DNA from: Selaginella moellendorffii
Lineage: Eukaryota > Plantae > Lycopodiophyta
Direction: 5' to 3'
Length of the DNA stretch: 64,000 nt
Assembly (NCBI RefSeq): GCF_000143415.4
Contig: NW_003314346.1
Location: 523,515-587,514, forward strand
In this document: positions 37,405 to 50,464 of the stretch, one piece after another
How positions within the stretch are numbered: position 1 is the first letter of the stretch
Layout: the number at the start of each line of letters is the position of its first letter
Made by a program: the position numbers and the translations under genes
Notes under the pieces: model-generated
What the model saw: only the letters and a program-made list of their open reading frames with translations
Databases searched by the model: none
What the model was told of the DNA's origin: nothing

Positions 37405-38427
37405 TTAGTATCAGAGCCCAGTTCGATTCTCGTGGCTGACGAGTGGGGCAGGAATATTCTAAAGGAATATTCAACATGGTGGATCTAGAGGGAGAACCAA
37501 GGTTTAGTAGACCCTAAGAGAAGGACCATGGTGATCGGATGGTGGCCTAAGTATGATCGCGGACAATCATTCCCTGATGAGGGGGAGGATTGTTAGGCAC
37601 CAGGTCAGGATAATAGGATAAAGAAAGGGCCCTACAATCAAGTGATCACCCCTTTAGCCAGTTGGCTTAGGGTGTAAAGGATAGGATCCTAACACTTCTT
37701 CTCTTCTTCTTCCATACCAATTTCATGGAGTCACACCTACCAAAGCATATTAACCCTAAATCTAGGTTTTGTTTTGTAAAGTCCTTATATGAGGCCACCG
37801 TGGCACTGGGAAATGGCACTGTCCAATGACAATGGTGCTGGATGGTGCATTGTCCGGACTGTTGTGTTGATTATATCGTAGTTCTCCAAGAAGCTGCCCA
37901 ATAGCACTTCCTGTTCTTTTTCATTTTCGGTTATCACATTGCTCTTCTTAACAATTCACAATTTGATCCATTTATTATTGATTTGTATTTCAAAAAATCT
38001 TCCAATGCTATTGTTCAGTTGTTTCCATAGAGAGTGGAGGAATAAATGGTTGTATGATATTCATGCGTTATAAATTTTATATTATATTATATCCACTGTT
38101 TGTGGGCTAATCCAAGTTAACCTTTCCCTCGCTCGACCAAAGGAAACCATGGGGTAAAAATAGTTAACCCAAACCATCGTTTAGATAATAAGTTCACTTT
38201 AAAAGCTTTTGATAGTGACTAGAACTGTTGAGTGTTCTCTTGTTCCATTACATAATGGATTTTGCAATGTATCATTGCATCATTTTCTGCTCCATGCATT
38301 CCTTTCAAAGGTATTACAAAACTTTCCTGTTCAGTGATGAAACATTCAGATGAACTTTCCTCCTATAGCACCTCAGAGGTGTTTTGTGGATTTGATTTTC
38401 TGTAGAAAATGCTCAATCAAATTTAAA

Positions 38428-40370
38428 TCATCCGGAGGCATACCTTTCAACAATCAGATCCTCCGGGTCAAGATCAAGCTGAGCATAACTCGCCCTCAAT
38501 GAAACTGAATCGTTGTGGTTGATTTGAATGAGTTTGTAGCGCAGAGAGCAGAACAGATAGAACGCCAGGTTGACAAAGCTGAGTATTGTTAGAAACCAAA
38601 AGTAGTAGTCAAGGTTACCACGGTTAAGATCATCGGGGAGCCAACCTGTGACTTTCGTAACTAGCACCACCTGCAAACTGCTCAGATAATTCCCCAAGGC
38701 AAATGAGCACTGGGACAAAGCAAGTCCTACGCCCCTCATGGCATCAGGTGACTGCTCGTAAAAGAAATCCAGCTGCCCACTGTAGGCAAACACCTCAGAC
38801 AGGCCGACCAGAAAGTATTGTGGTAGCTGCCAGAAGTCGCTCAGAAGAGGAGCTGAATTTGTTCTTGCCACGGACTTCAGCCTGAAGACCTCCACAAAAG
38901 CGGCACAGACCATTGCAGTTGTTACAACTACCTTGCCGGTTCCCATTCGTTGCAGGTTGGTAATTCCGCGCTCTTTGCCTGTTAACTTACGGGCTGCTGG
39001 AACTAGAAGCCACTCATATGCAGGACTGCATAAGATGACACTTAGCATGCAAAATGTTGACAGAGATCCTGGCAGTATTTTGAAGTTGCCTACCAGCGTG
39101 TTCATACCAGCGCCTTGCTCGACAAACAGAGTGCTCACTTGTGTGTACAATGTTGAGAATATGATCGTTGTTGACCAAATAGGGAGGAGTCGCATCATAC
39201 ATTTCACCTCTTCAACTTGCGTGACTGTGCAAAGCCGCCATGAAATGTTAATATCATCGTGAGTATCGAGTTTCACTGCTGCCTTATCAAGAAATCTAGG
39301 AAGGAAAAATGTCCAAGTTATAGTCGACTACAGGTCTGAAAGTTTTAAGTGTTTACCTGAAATTGGGAGTATGCTGGATCTTACGACTTCCTTGAATAGC
39401 AGAAACAGCAGAGTCAACCTCATAAAGCTGAGAGCTGTCTGAGGGAACTTCTACATACAGTTTGAAAGCGGCTGCAGTGAAGACCTTGACTACTCTGGTT
39501 AAGGGATTACCACCTGTTTTTTGATGCCGATATAGTCGAGTGCCAATCAAGAAGATTATAATCGATGCTGCAGCAGCAGCTGTAGATATAGCGAACCCAC
39601 AGCTCCAGCTCACACTGTCTTCAACATAGACAATAAGCGTAGCTGAAATAATTGCTCCAACCATCATGGACATGTAATACCAGCTGAAGAAGGTGGTGGC
39701 CTGCTTCTGTTCAAGAGGATCCTCCTTATCAAATTGATCACCTCCGAATGATGAGATGCAAGGCTGATATCCTCCATAACCTACAGCTACTGTGTAAAGT
39801 CCAAGATACAGTAGCGCTTTCTGTTCCAGTGTGCTAACGGAGCATGTTGACACGTTCATTTTGCAAGGAGAAGGTTTTAGTGAGGGCAGAGTTACGGTGA
39901 GTGTAAGTACCACCATTCCCTAAATGATAACATGTTAGAGAACAAAATTCTATTCTCAACCTCTTACCAGAAGGTAGATGGTAAGAAATATGAGATTTGT
40001 ACGATATTTTCCCCAGTAAGCATCAGCAAGGAATCCACCCAGTAAGGAGCTGAGGTAGGAAGTCCCAACCCAGTTAGTAACGGCATTAGCTGCTTCTGAA
40101 TTACGCTCATGTAGTACTCTACTGAGATAGAGAACTAAGTTAGTCCAAACACCGCAGAAGCCAACAGAAGCAAATGTTTGAGTTCCTGAGAGGAAGAAAA
40201 ATCTGAAATGCAAACTAAGATAAAAGGAACAACATACCCAGAATATATGGTGATGTGCACCATCCACCTGTTGAGCCCTTGGCTGCAGGCTTCCCAAACC
40301 AATCCACAGTCCCATCTCTGGTTGTTGCATCCTGCTGCTCCTGCTCCAATTCCTCATGAATCTTGTCCAT
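38428..40370 (-). CDS. NPF: NRT1/PTR family (NPF) transporter, NPF7-like, 4 exons
   Basis: DGTVDWFGKPA..STGGW, AANAVTNWVGT, LLGGFLADAYWGKYRT, PCISSFGGDQFD, WRLCTVTQVEEVKCMMRLLPIW, WQLPQY, FFYEQSPDAMR and DLNRGNLDYYFW. ATG at 40370. Confidence 0.93.
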
Positions 40371-41269
40371 TCCACAAGAAACAAGGATCAGCCCTACACT
40401 AATGAAGAACTAACACACATGTAAGTGTTCAAATAGTCTTATAAAGATTGTTATAACCCCTTAGGCCCATATTCCACTAGGGGTAGTTTTTTGCCCTTAG
40501 CCAATCAAATGAGTTGAGATCCAATAAAGTTGCCTACCACTTTGGGATGGTATCAACTAATAAAATTTTGTTGAGTAATTAGAAGTGGTGATTCAGAATT
40601 GGGTGCTACAACTTCCATATTAAATTTGAGATAAAAGATGAATTTAGAAAGTCAAGAAAGCAAGCTTTTGCATTTTTTAGAATTTCAATCATACTTTAAT
40701 ATATGTGCAATAGGCATCTGCATTAAATTCAAGCACAATCATCAAAATTTCATACAAATATCCAGGTAGAGACTAGCAATTGAATTAGCCTGGAACTCCC
40801 ACACCACCTCATCACTGTCTATTGTGTAATATGGCTGAGGTGGAGGACATATACAACATTAGCTACACCCAAGTTAGATTATAAGTGGTTTTTTTAATTA
40901 TTATTTTGTTTTTGCATTTTTTGTGATGAAAAAAATGAAAGTTCACGTGGGATGAAAAGGATCCTCCATATACATCTTTTGCTCCAGGCATGGTCCTTCA
41001 TCATTATCATGTAGGGACCAAGTGCTTTGTATGTTGGAGGCCTACAAAAGTCCATCTATGAGTACAAATGCTTCAAGGATTACTTTCATTGGGTGTGGTT
41101 ATAAGGCTATTAATGAAGAGCTCTTGATATTAGAAAGTAAATCCACATTCCATCCCCAAAATCAAAGAACTGAAACATCCAAAAAAGACATTTCTACAAG
41201 CACAAAAGTTTTACCTAAATTTGAAAATATGGCTTCACATTTGGTGCCAGTCCACAATTATCATATATA

Positions 41270-41405
41270 ATGAAATTGGTATGGAAAATAGAAGGTAGGA
41301 AGAAGGTTGAGGAAAAAATCTTGGATCAATCTATGGAGCTAAGTATTTTCTTCTTAAAAGACTGCAACTTTTCCAAGCTCAAGAACAAAATTTGTCTCCA
41401 TTATC
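41270..41405 (+). pseudogene. Decayed inverted copy of the SSL gene 5' end (empty-site version)
   Basis: atgaaattggtatggaa...tcttggatcaatc.atggagctaa...tccaagctcaagaacaa matches the reverse complement of 37695-37725 joined to 32750-32864. Confidence 0.7.
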
Positions 41406-41504
41406 AAAGCAAATAAAGCTGTAATTCATTTTTAAATCCTACATTGGCAAGTTACAGACAATGGTGGAACTCTACACTTAGACTAGAATGTTGAAATAGT
41501 GTCA

Positions 41505-41840
41505 AACTTTGTTTAATTTTGTTTTACATGCTAGTATTAGCTTTGAGATTTTAGATGTTTTCATAAATTTATCTATGAGTATCGAAAGTTATCAATTGGT
41601 AAGTCCTTTTGGATATGTTTCTTTTACTGCTATAACAATAGGAGGTTAGGATTATTAGTTCCCTTTATCAGTCTCTATGCAAGCTAAATTTTGTTTAACT
41701 TTGTTTTACATGCTAGTATTGGCTTTGAGATTTTGGATGCTATCCAAATTTATCTATAAGTATAAGAAGTTATCTCTTGGTAAGTCCTTTTAATACTTTT
41801 CTTTTACTACTATGATAGTAGAAGGTTGGTATTACTAATT
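41505..41840. repeat. Degenerate ~180-bp tandem duplication
   Basis: tttgttttacatgctagtatt(a/g)gctttgagatttt...aatttatctat...ttggtaagtcctttt occurs at ~41518 and ~41700. Confidence 0.8.
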
Positions 41841-42399
41841 CTTTATGCTTTTTTAGTTAAGTGCACATGTGTTTTAAACTAGCTTGGGTGGAGGATGGAA
41901 TTCCTAACGGCTATTAAAAAAATATATTTAATTTGATTAGAAAAACCTATTTGTTAGCTTATATTTGCTAGTGTTAAGAACCCTTTTGATATTGAGCTTA
42001 GTTTCTCAATACTCACTAAGTGATAAGTTATCTGCTAAAGCACTCTCATTATGATTCCCCATATATTGGTCCTATTTCAATTGCATTAGTTATTTATGTA
42101 AAGTGAGTTTGGGCTTTGACCTAAAAAAGATTAGAACAAGGATAGATATATCTAACAAGAAGTTAGATAATATCTTAAGTTAATCAATCATGCTCAACCT
42201 ATCCATTATCCTTACTATACATTTGGAACCCTTCATTATTCCTCACCCCCAAGTACAAAAACATGTTTTAGGCTTTCACCCTAGTTCTAAAAGTTAGTCT
42301 AATCTTGAAAACTTACTAAATATAAAATAGTACTATATTCTGAATTTAAACAACACCATTTTGTTCAAGCTCTATATTCTGTAAATATGCCTAATTGGC

Positions 42400-43410
42400 A
42401 GGTATAGACCATTCTATGCTAGCTAGTGGACTATCCATATCCTCACGTTATGCTATCTATATGATAAAATAGCATTAACTCTATTTAGCTTTGTTTTGCA
42501 TATTAGTCTTGGCATTGGATGCTTTAAGATTATTTTAATATCATTTTGTCTTTTGTTCTTTGCTTATATACTTTAGAGTTCAATTTTGTCCATTTGTTCA
42601 GTGATGCAAAGCCTTGAAATCTTGAGTTCCTTTTTGTTTTCCTTGGCACACATGTCCAAGGGTTAAATTCTGCTCCATGGTTATCCTATTAGGGTATAGA
42701 GTGAAAACTATATACACTACATTTGGTATCAAAGGATTAGTTTTAACGAGTATTATCTCGTGGGATTAAGCAATTAGTTTTGTTGCATATATAGAGATGA
42801 AAAATGATGATCTTAGTGAGTACATGTTTGGTTGTTATGGCTTTATATATGTCATTGAGTATAGCTTTTGGTGTATACCATTATTTGGTTTCCCGTTGGG
42901 CATGTTTATCCTTCTTTTATATTTTGTTTGGGTCTAAATTCAAGCTCTATACCATGCTAATTGGTGGAATACCCATATCCTCACATTATACTACTAATAT
43001 ATTTAAATAGTGCTAAATTCTATTTGGCTCCTTCTTGCATGCTGGTTTTAGTGTTAGAACACTAAATATTTTAAGACTATTTCAATATTGATTTGTGCCA
43101 TTCCTTGACTATACACTCAAAAGATCAATTCTATCCCTTTATATAGGGACCCAAGGCCTTTAAATTTAGGTTATCCTTGGTATATATGATTAAGAGTTGA
43201 ATTTTACTTTGTAGTTATCCTATGATAATTTACTATAGAATATAAGGTGAAAACCACATGCACTACATTTGGTATAAGAGGATTAGTCTTAGTGAGTACT
43301 ATCTAACAAATTGGGCAACTAGTTTCATTGTATATATAGATATGAACATGATGATCCAAGTGGATACATGTTTAGTTGAAATGATTTCATATATGTCCTA
43401 AATATAAATT
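42400..43410 (+). repeat. Degenerate ~545-bp tandem duplication, each unit carrying an LTR-end/PBS-like junction (possible old tandem TRIM)
   Basis: ccatatcctcac at ~42436 and ~42973; cactacatttggtat(c/a)a at ~42715 and ~43261; tatagagatgaa/tatagatatgaa in both units. Confidence 0.6.
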
Positions 43411-44789
43411 TTGATTACCGTATTGAACCAAATTGTATAAGATTTTGCTTGGGCTTATTAGATGGATTTGAGATGTACTATTTGTATGAGGTTATGCTTG
43501 GGCTTATGAGTAAGGCACATTAGCAATTTAAATTTACACCTTTAGTTGGTAGGATTAATATTAACATATTGGAAGTTATTATAAAACTTAAGAATAGAAA
43601 GAATTGATAATTGGCACTATGTAGGATTAGATGGTGAATTAGCACTTAAACCCTATTTCTATCTTTTTATATTTCAGCCTTCCATCATCAATGCACATCT
43701 ATATCCTTAAGATCTAGAATACTTAGGTGATGCTAAATTTATCTTTGCTCACAACCTTGACAAGAGCCTTTTTAGGGATTGAAATACTTGAGTAATTTTT
43801 CTTTATTATTTTTATGTGTTTATTTGTGTTTAGTTCAAAAATTGTTACAATAGAGTGTAAAATTTAAAAACCAAGCCAAGTAACAAACAAGCTTCTTCTT
43901 CTTTTCTTCTTTCTTTCTTTTTTTTGTTCTTTATCTTTTTCCCTCTTTCTACAATATAGAATTTCAACAATGTTTCACTAGTGACCATAGTGGGATATAA
44001 GGCATTGCAAGATAAAATATATCAGTAGTAAAAGATTCTAAGAAAAAGAAAAAGAAAAAAGAAAAAAAAAGATAAATAAATCTTAAAGATTATGAAGAAT
44101 TTCAACAAAAAGATAGCAACCCAATTCAATTAATGATGGTGAAGGTGCACTTTATAACTCTTCTCTAAATTTAAAATAGCTACAACCATTTTAGTGAGAG
44201 ATGAATAAAGGTTCAAGATTTTGTAATTAGGAAAATTTTCCTGATGTTCAAGAAATATTCTTGACACTCAACAAACTCAAAAAAAAATCCTAACACTAAA
44301 AATAAATTTTAAGGAATTTAGAAAATTGATGAAATAACAAAATTATCCTTTTGGAAATCGAAGATGCACAAGATAGTGATGAAGAGGTAAATGTTTTATC
44401 TTGTGTATCATCCCAAACAGAGCAAAAAAAGAAAGCTTAGGCAAAATGAAATTACATTTAAGTTTAGGCATCCAAAAAAAAAAGACCTAACCTAGGCAAC
44501 ACTCGTCATAGACAAGCGTGAAGTAGTTAGGAATGGTTATAAAATCATATAGTATATATGAGACACAAAATCCCTAGGCCCCAAAGTGGAGCCGAAAAGG
44601 GTGCCACATGGTAGTGGCCGAAGCGAAAGCCAAACGAGCGTAACACGTTTGGACTAAAAGCTCTGACTTGGAAGGTCGAGAGCGGGACTGGAACTCCCAA
44701 CAAAGTGCTCGAGGAGCGAGCACGAGGCAACTAATAAGCAAGGCTCCAAAAAGGGACCCAAAAAGGACCAACACATGACACATGGAAGT

Positions 44790-45150
44790 GTTCGAGATGG
44801 AGTCTGAGATAGACCCAAAGTGGAGTCTGAAATGGAGTCCGAGATGGACCCGAGATGGAGTCTGAGATGGAGTCTGAGATGGACCCGAGATGGAGTCCGA
44901 GATGGACCCGAGATGGAATCCGAGATGGACCCGAGATGGAGTCCAAGATGGAGTCTGAGATGGAGTCCGAGATGGACCCAAGTTGGAGTCTGAGATGGAC
45001 CCGAAGTGGAGTCCGAGATAGAGTCCAAGATGGACCCGAGATGGAGTCTGAGACAGAACCGAGACCGAGACCGAGACCGAGACCAAGACCGAGACCGAGA
45101 ACGAGTTCGAGTCCGAAACCGGGACTGAGACCGAGTCTGAGTCTGAGTTT
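44790..45150 (+). repeat. Minisatellite in 5' LTR (GAGATGGAGTCC/GAGATGGACCC 11-12-mers, then GAGACC/GAGTCT hexamers)
   Basis: Directly visible tandem units; this array is longer than the 3' LTR copy. Confidence 0.95.
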
Positions 45151-48100
45151 GAATACTAATACAGGCAGTTGGGTGAAAGCCCAAAGCAATCGTCCCCTAG
45201 GGAGGGGGGGGCTGCGGGGGGTTCCAAAAGTATAGTAGGGAGAGTGTGGGGGTTGGAGCCTAGTGGAGCCAGTTTGGCCAGGAAAGGCCAGTTTGGCCAG
45301 TTTGGCCTAGGAAAGGCCAGTTTGGCCCAGGAAGGCCATACCCAGTGTTGGGTGATGAACAGACCACTAGGAAGTCCAAGACTAGAGTGAATACGGACTG
45401 ACAAGCAGGGTAGCTTGGTGAAGTGTTCAAGAGCCGGCTCTAATTCCCCCGGGAGATCGACTGGCCGATGCTCCTAGTCCAAGTGTGGGTGGGACTACCT
45501 ACTTGGATACTAGGTGCGGCTTAACGGAACCTTGCTCTAAGCCCATGGCTAGAGCACCCAAGGGTGGAAGGCAGGGAGAGTACCCAGGTGGCTCGCGTAA
45601 AGCCACGGTGTTCCGAAATGTTGCCCCAAAGTCCCAGACCGTGGGAAGGAAGAGGAGCAGACCTCTAGCATAGTGACTAAGGACATAGTCACATGGTGAG
45701 GAAGTCCCAGAGGACCGTAGGACTTAGTGGTCAGGCTTGTGGGCCTTGATCTAGTGGCAGTGTTGGCAAACACGGCCATGAACAGAAAGGGACTTGGTGA
45801 GGACCGGAAAAGGGATATTAGGGACATGTCTGTGGGTATCCTAAGGATGCTAAGGAGTGGATCTGGAATGATCATTCATGGACGGATGGCCCAATCCTTG
45901 AGAGACGAGACTGGGATGTAGATGGGGTTAGACCACTGGTGTGACCAAGGTAAAGGGGCATGGCTTTAGCGTGACAGGCGGATATGCCGATGGTACCTTG
46001 GGGTGTCGGTCATGGGACCGGACACGTGGAGCACTTGGACTAAGTGCAAAGGTTGAGTGGATGCCATTCTCAGGGCTAACAAGCCCAAGTCCAAAATAGG
46101 ACTTATAGAGGTTGTGAGTTAGACTCCAAGTGGTCGGAGGTGTGGTTAAGTGACTAAAGTAGAATGGAAAATTTAGTCGCTTACAACTTGGTATCAGAGC
46201 TGTTCCTTAGTCTGACTCTTATTGGTGGTCAAGTATATCACCACTTGTATTGGAATCGGAAGGTCCTAGATATGGACCTATCCTCGAGGAGTAGCATGTC
46301 GAAAGGACATGGCTCTCCACTCAAGTTCATGCATGAACTTGTGCACGATATGGTGGATGGAAAAGGGTCAGTAAGGGAATGACTTTGGGATCTTGGGAAT
46401 AGTATAAGGGTTTCCTCATAGAGCTGAGGATGTGATTCAGATGAGCATTTGACGCAGCAAACGAGCTAATGTAGTTGTGGTAAACAACTATAGTTGGGAT
46501 CACGGGAAAGATGCAGACTCCAAAACAATAAAGGAGTCACAAGATTACCCTTATATGGTTGAGGCTAGTACTCATAAATTTGAGACCGGAATTGTTGACA
46601 GTGGGAAGTCAAATACAGAAGAGGACACCAGTCCTTGAAATGGTAGCCGGGCTACCTCTAATAAATGCTGGAACAACCCAAGGAGTTGGGGGTGTACTTA
46701 AAAGATGAGTTGCTATTCTCATCACATGGACAAGTAGTCCTAAGGGGCAAAGGTTAGCCCCAAGAAAATCATCAAGTGTCAAAGTAACACTTGCAAAGAT
46801 TGTCCTTGTGAGTAGGACATGAATACAAGAAGTTGTATTCCAGTGAGTTGGCACCTCTAAGACTGAGATCTCGCAGGTTGTTGGATTAGCAAAGTCCAAA
46901 ATGCTAGATGACTCAAGCGGAGTCAGGGAATGGTCCTAAGGGATTGGTTGAAGCATTTGGACTGAGGTGTATGGTGCCCCATGAGGTATGGGGAGGATCA
47001 TAAGATCCAAGTATAAGAAACAGTAGGTATCTCATTGATGGCAGAATGTGCCATACTAAAGTTGTGGGAAAGATGTTCCCAGAAGAAAGCAACTTTGGCC
47101 TAGAGTTGGGTGCAAACACTATGGTGCGGTGCTAACGAATAGTTAACATGAGGAACAATTATATTGATCTTGGCAAAGACCTAGACACTAATAAGTAGTG
47201 TCATAAGGGTAGACTCGTAGGGCCGATGGTGTGGAGATACCAAATGTGCCAAGGTGTGATACCTTGAGGTTATGATGGTGGGTTCATAAAAACCTCTTGC
47301 CAAGGGAATCCCAACGGAAGTGGGAATGGCATGGCCTAAGCTAGAAGGCATGCGGTTGGAGTGTGGTGACCCAGATAATGATGGAGGTGCGGAAGCACCA
47401 AGCAATGAGTTGTAGAACTTGACAACTATGGGGCAACTAGGTGCAAGAGGTGCAAGATAATTGGTTAAACGGGTAGAAGGTAGTTACCCAAGACTTCTTA
47501 ATGGCATAAGGAAGTTAGATATACCCTTATGGGGGATAAATTGCTTATGTTGTGATATAGTAAATCAATGTCGTAAACGAAAATGCTCATTGTCAGGAGG
47601 CCATCATTGGGACACCCAAACACTCTAGAACACCAGGAGGTGGTGTTTCGTGTCGCAAGGGCAATAGATAAGGCCCAAGGGACTAAGTCTCTAACGAATG
47701 ATAGATATAAGGTGCTATCCAAATGTCCAAGGTTGTGGAGACAGGAGAAGACTGTCTACCCAAATTGGACAAAGCCAAAAATGAAATTTTGGCAAGGCTA
47801 GTGATGGGCATGTAAAGGCCCATAAGCAGCAACGTTAATCCTGATGTGTGGAATTATAAGGTGAGCATGCCCAAGATTGAGGAACCACTCCCTAAGCTAT
47901 CGGGTAGTTCATCCCTAAGAATACTTGCTAAGGCATAGTAAAATGTGTAAAGTTATCCTCCTAGTCTGGAGGAGAATAACCAAAAGAAACATATGGGGCC
48001 AAAAGGCAAGTAGTATTAGGGTGGAATTGAACTATAAAAATCAAAGGGCATATCCAATGGTGGTTATGCAAGTTGGGAGTGGAGAATCGAAAGGGTGCTC

Positions 48101-50464
48101 GAGGGTGTTGTTACTAGCAACCGTGATGCCATGGAGAGTCTAAAATATGAAATTATCCATACTAGACTATATGGCAACTAAAAAGCTTGCAAAAAGGGAG
48201 GCCTTAGCAAGCTAAGGGACAAAGTTCCTTTAAGGTTCCCAAAGACGATTCTAGGTAGCTTAGTACCTAGAAAGGCCAAGTGTAAATGGTTCATAGAACG
48301 CTTGAAATCAGAGTGGCGCAGCAGAAGCATGGTCTTGAAGCTTGCCATGAGGCAAGGCTATCAAGGTTACAGAAGTATTTCCCGAGTGTTCAAAGAGAGG
48401 GCTTTGAACGAAAGTTGATGGTCAAGGACTTTCACACTTATGTAGGAACCATGTTACGGTGGTCGGAGGACTTGCCAAGTGAGATTGGCAAGTCAGGGGG
48501 AACAAATCCCTAGTTGAAGGTGATAACTTCAAAAAGGGTGGGCCATGGGGCCAAGCATGGAGGAGTCCATGCATGATCACAGACGTGTCAAGTGAGAGGA
48601 CTTGGCAGTGTGGAGGAATTAGGTTCCTAAGCTGTGATCTATAGCGTGCTTTAAGTATAAGTTGGTGCACCGGCGTGATGAGTCACGCCAGGCATCCTGG
48701 GTGATGCCGTCCGTAGATGCATATACGGAGGTTGGGTTCGAGTCCCGACCCTCTAGTGCTTGGGTTCGAGTCCCAAATCACTAGGGTGTGGTGATAGTTT
48801 GGAATATGAGGACACTCATTTTTTGGTGGTCATGGACTCTCAGTGAGGAGACTGGTTTGGGCACACCGCCAAGTGAGGGATGCCTCGGAGTCGTGATGCA
48901 TGGTTAGATTGCTTAGTGTGGCTCAACATGTCTAACTTGAACCCTTTGGTGCAAGTGGCACCAAGGACGTGGTGAATGAGATGGGGACATCCAGTCTTAG
49001 TTGCTATGGACCCTTGGCCAGAAGGGCTAGCTTGGGCGCACTGCCAAGTGTGGGGGATACCCCCGGGTCATGGTCAACAAGTTAAAGGTCTGGAAGACCT
49101 AGTATCTATTGGCGAACCTATTAAGGTATCAAAATTAGATCACTAGGTGATCGTATGGCTAAACAAGGACAAGGTCTTTGTGAGGTTAAGGAACAAGATT
49201 CCTAGTTCAAAACGCTGATTTGAACTATTGGTAATGGTGTGGCTTGGTCAAGGTGACCAAGTGGGAAGGACATTTAAGGGAAATGAACTACGACAATACA
49301 ATCGTATTGTGAGTTCAAAGTAGTTTCTAGGAGAGACCTATGGGAGGGTCACAAAATTGGGCTGTGGAAGGGGTCCATAGCAAGAGAATGCTAAAGAGAC
49401 CTACTAGGGGTGAGCACCCTCTAGACTTGGCAAAGTGGAGCTTTGCCATGGAACTAAAAGAATACTTCAAGGAGGGGGTAGTGATCCTGTGTTGTCTGAT
49501 GCAACAATCAATGGATAGGAGCAAAAGACTAGTGGCCAAGTTTGGGCCATAGAATTTAATGGGAGGAATCCAAATGGCAAAGTTAGCCAAGGAACACTAA
49601 TGTGTTTAATGCTAACGGATTGTGGGAAATGAAGTGGACTTCCAAGGATAGATTCCCAAGTGCTCAAATTTGGCGAAGTAAAAGCTCCAAGTGAGGAGCA
49701 GCAAAGTAGCCAAAGGATAGGGCCGTGGACAGCTCTGGCACAAATGATAATAATTGAAATGTAATGCCAAGGGTGGCACAAAATAGAAAAGAGGATGATC
49801 GTGCCCTCTAGTAGAGAACTTCCTAGGAAAGGGAAGTGGACTTGCCCAAAATATGCAATGCAAGGTGTCGGAGACATCTAGGAAATCGACTTTGAAAAGT
49901 CAAAATTAAAAGTTCCAAAGTGCAAAGGTTATGGCGATAGAATCTGAGACTACTCGAGAACGGGTAGTGGAATTGAGTTAGAGAAGGTGTCCCTAATGGG
50001 TTTAGCGAGAACTAAACCAATAAAAGGGAGCAAACCACCCCAGATGGCCGAATGAGTCTCTATGTGGGAGAGACTATGCTCCTTGGAGGATGGACAAGGC
50101 ATGGTGAGCCTTCGGTGTCAACAAATATTGGCTGGGGGCCAAGGATGGAAACGGTAATATATATGGGTGTTACTTTATAAAAGGGTTTACCGTTCGATGA
50201 GGACATCGAACTTCGTCTATGGGTGGTGGAGTTGTGAGACACAAAATCCCTAGGCCCCAAAGTGGAGCTGAAAAGGGTGCCACATGGTAGTGGCCGAAGC
50301 GAAAGCCAAACAAGCGTAACACGTTTGGACTAAAAGCTCTAACTTGGAAGGTCGAGAGCGGGAGTGGAACTCCCAACAAAGTGCTCGAGGAGCGAGCACG
50401 AGGCAACTAATAAGCAAAGGTCCAAAAAGGGACCCAAAAAGGACCAACACATGACATATGGAAG

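Larger units (their letters stand above)
32865..37694 (+). mobile_element. Ty3/gypsy LTR retrotransposon with 104-bp terminal LTRs, 5-bp TSD CTTCT and an extra internal LTR
   Basis: LTRs 32865-32968 and 37591-37694 (TGTTAGG...CCTAACA, 3 transitions apart). PBS TGGTATCAGAG at 32970, PPT before 37591, CTTCT on both flanks. Confidence 0.97.

Noticed and set aside
37430-37585. Hammerhead ribozyme (retrozyme) suggested by CTGACGAG and CTGATGAG
   Set aside because: No stem II followed by GAAA, and no cleavage-site helices. The second motif is part of the PPT.
44790-45150. CRISPR-like array
   Set aside because: Contiguous 6-12 bp tandem units with no unique spacers, eukaryotic context and no cas genes.
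44574-45235. ORFs with repeated SISDSIS/MESE peptides (also 50250-51050)
   Set aside because: Translations of the LTR minisatellite, open in several frames on both strands.
48730-48775. tRNA gene suggested by GGTTCGAGTCCC
   Set aside because: No acceptor stem, D arm or A box can be built. Kept only as a hairpin array.
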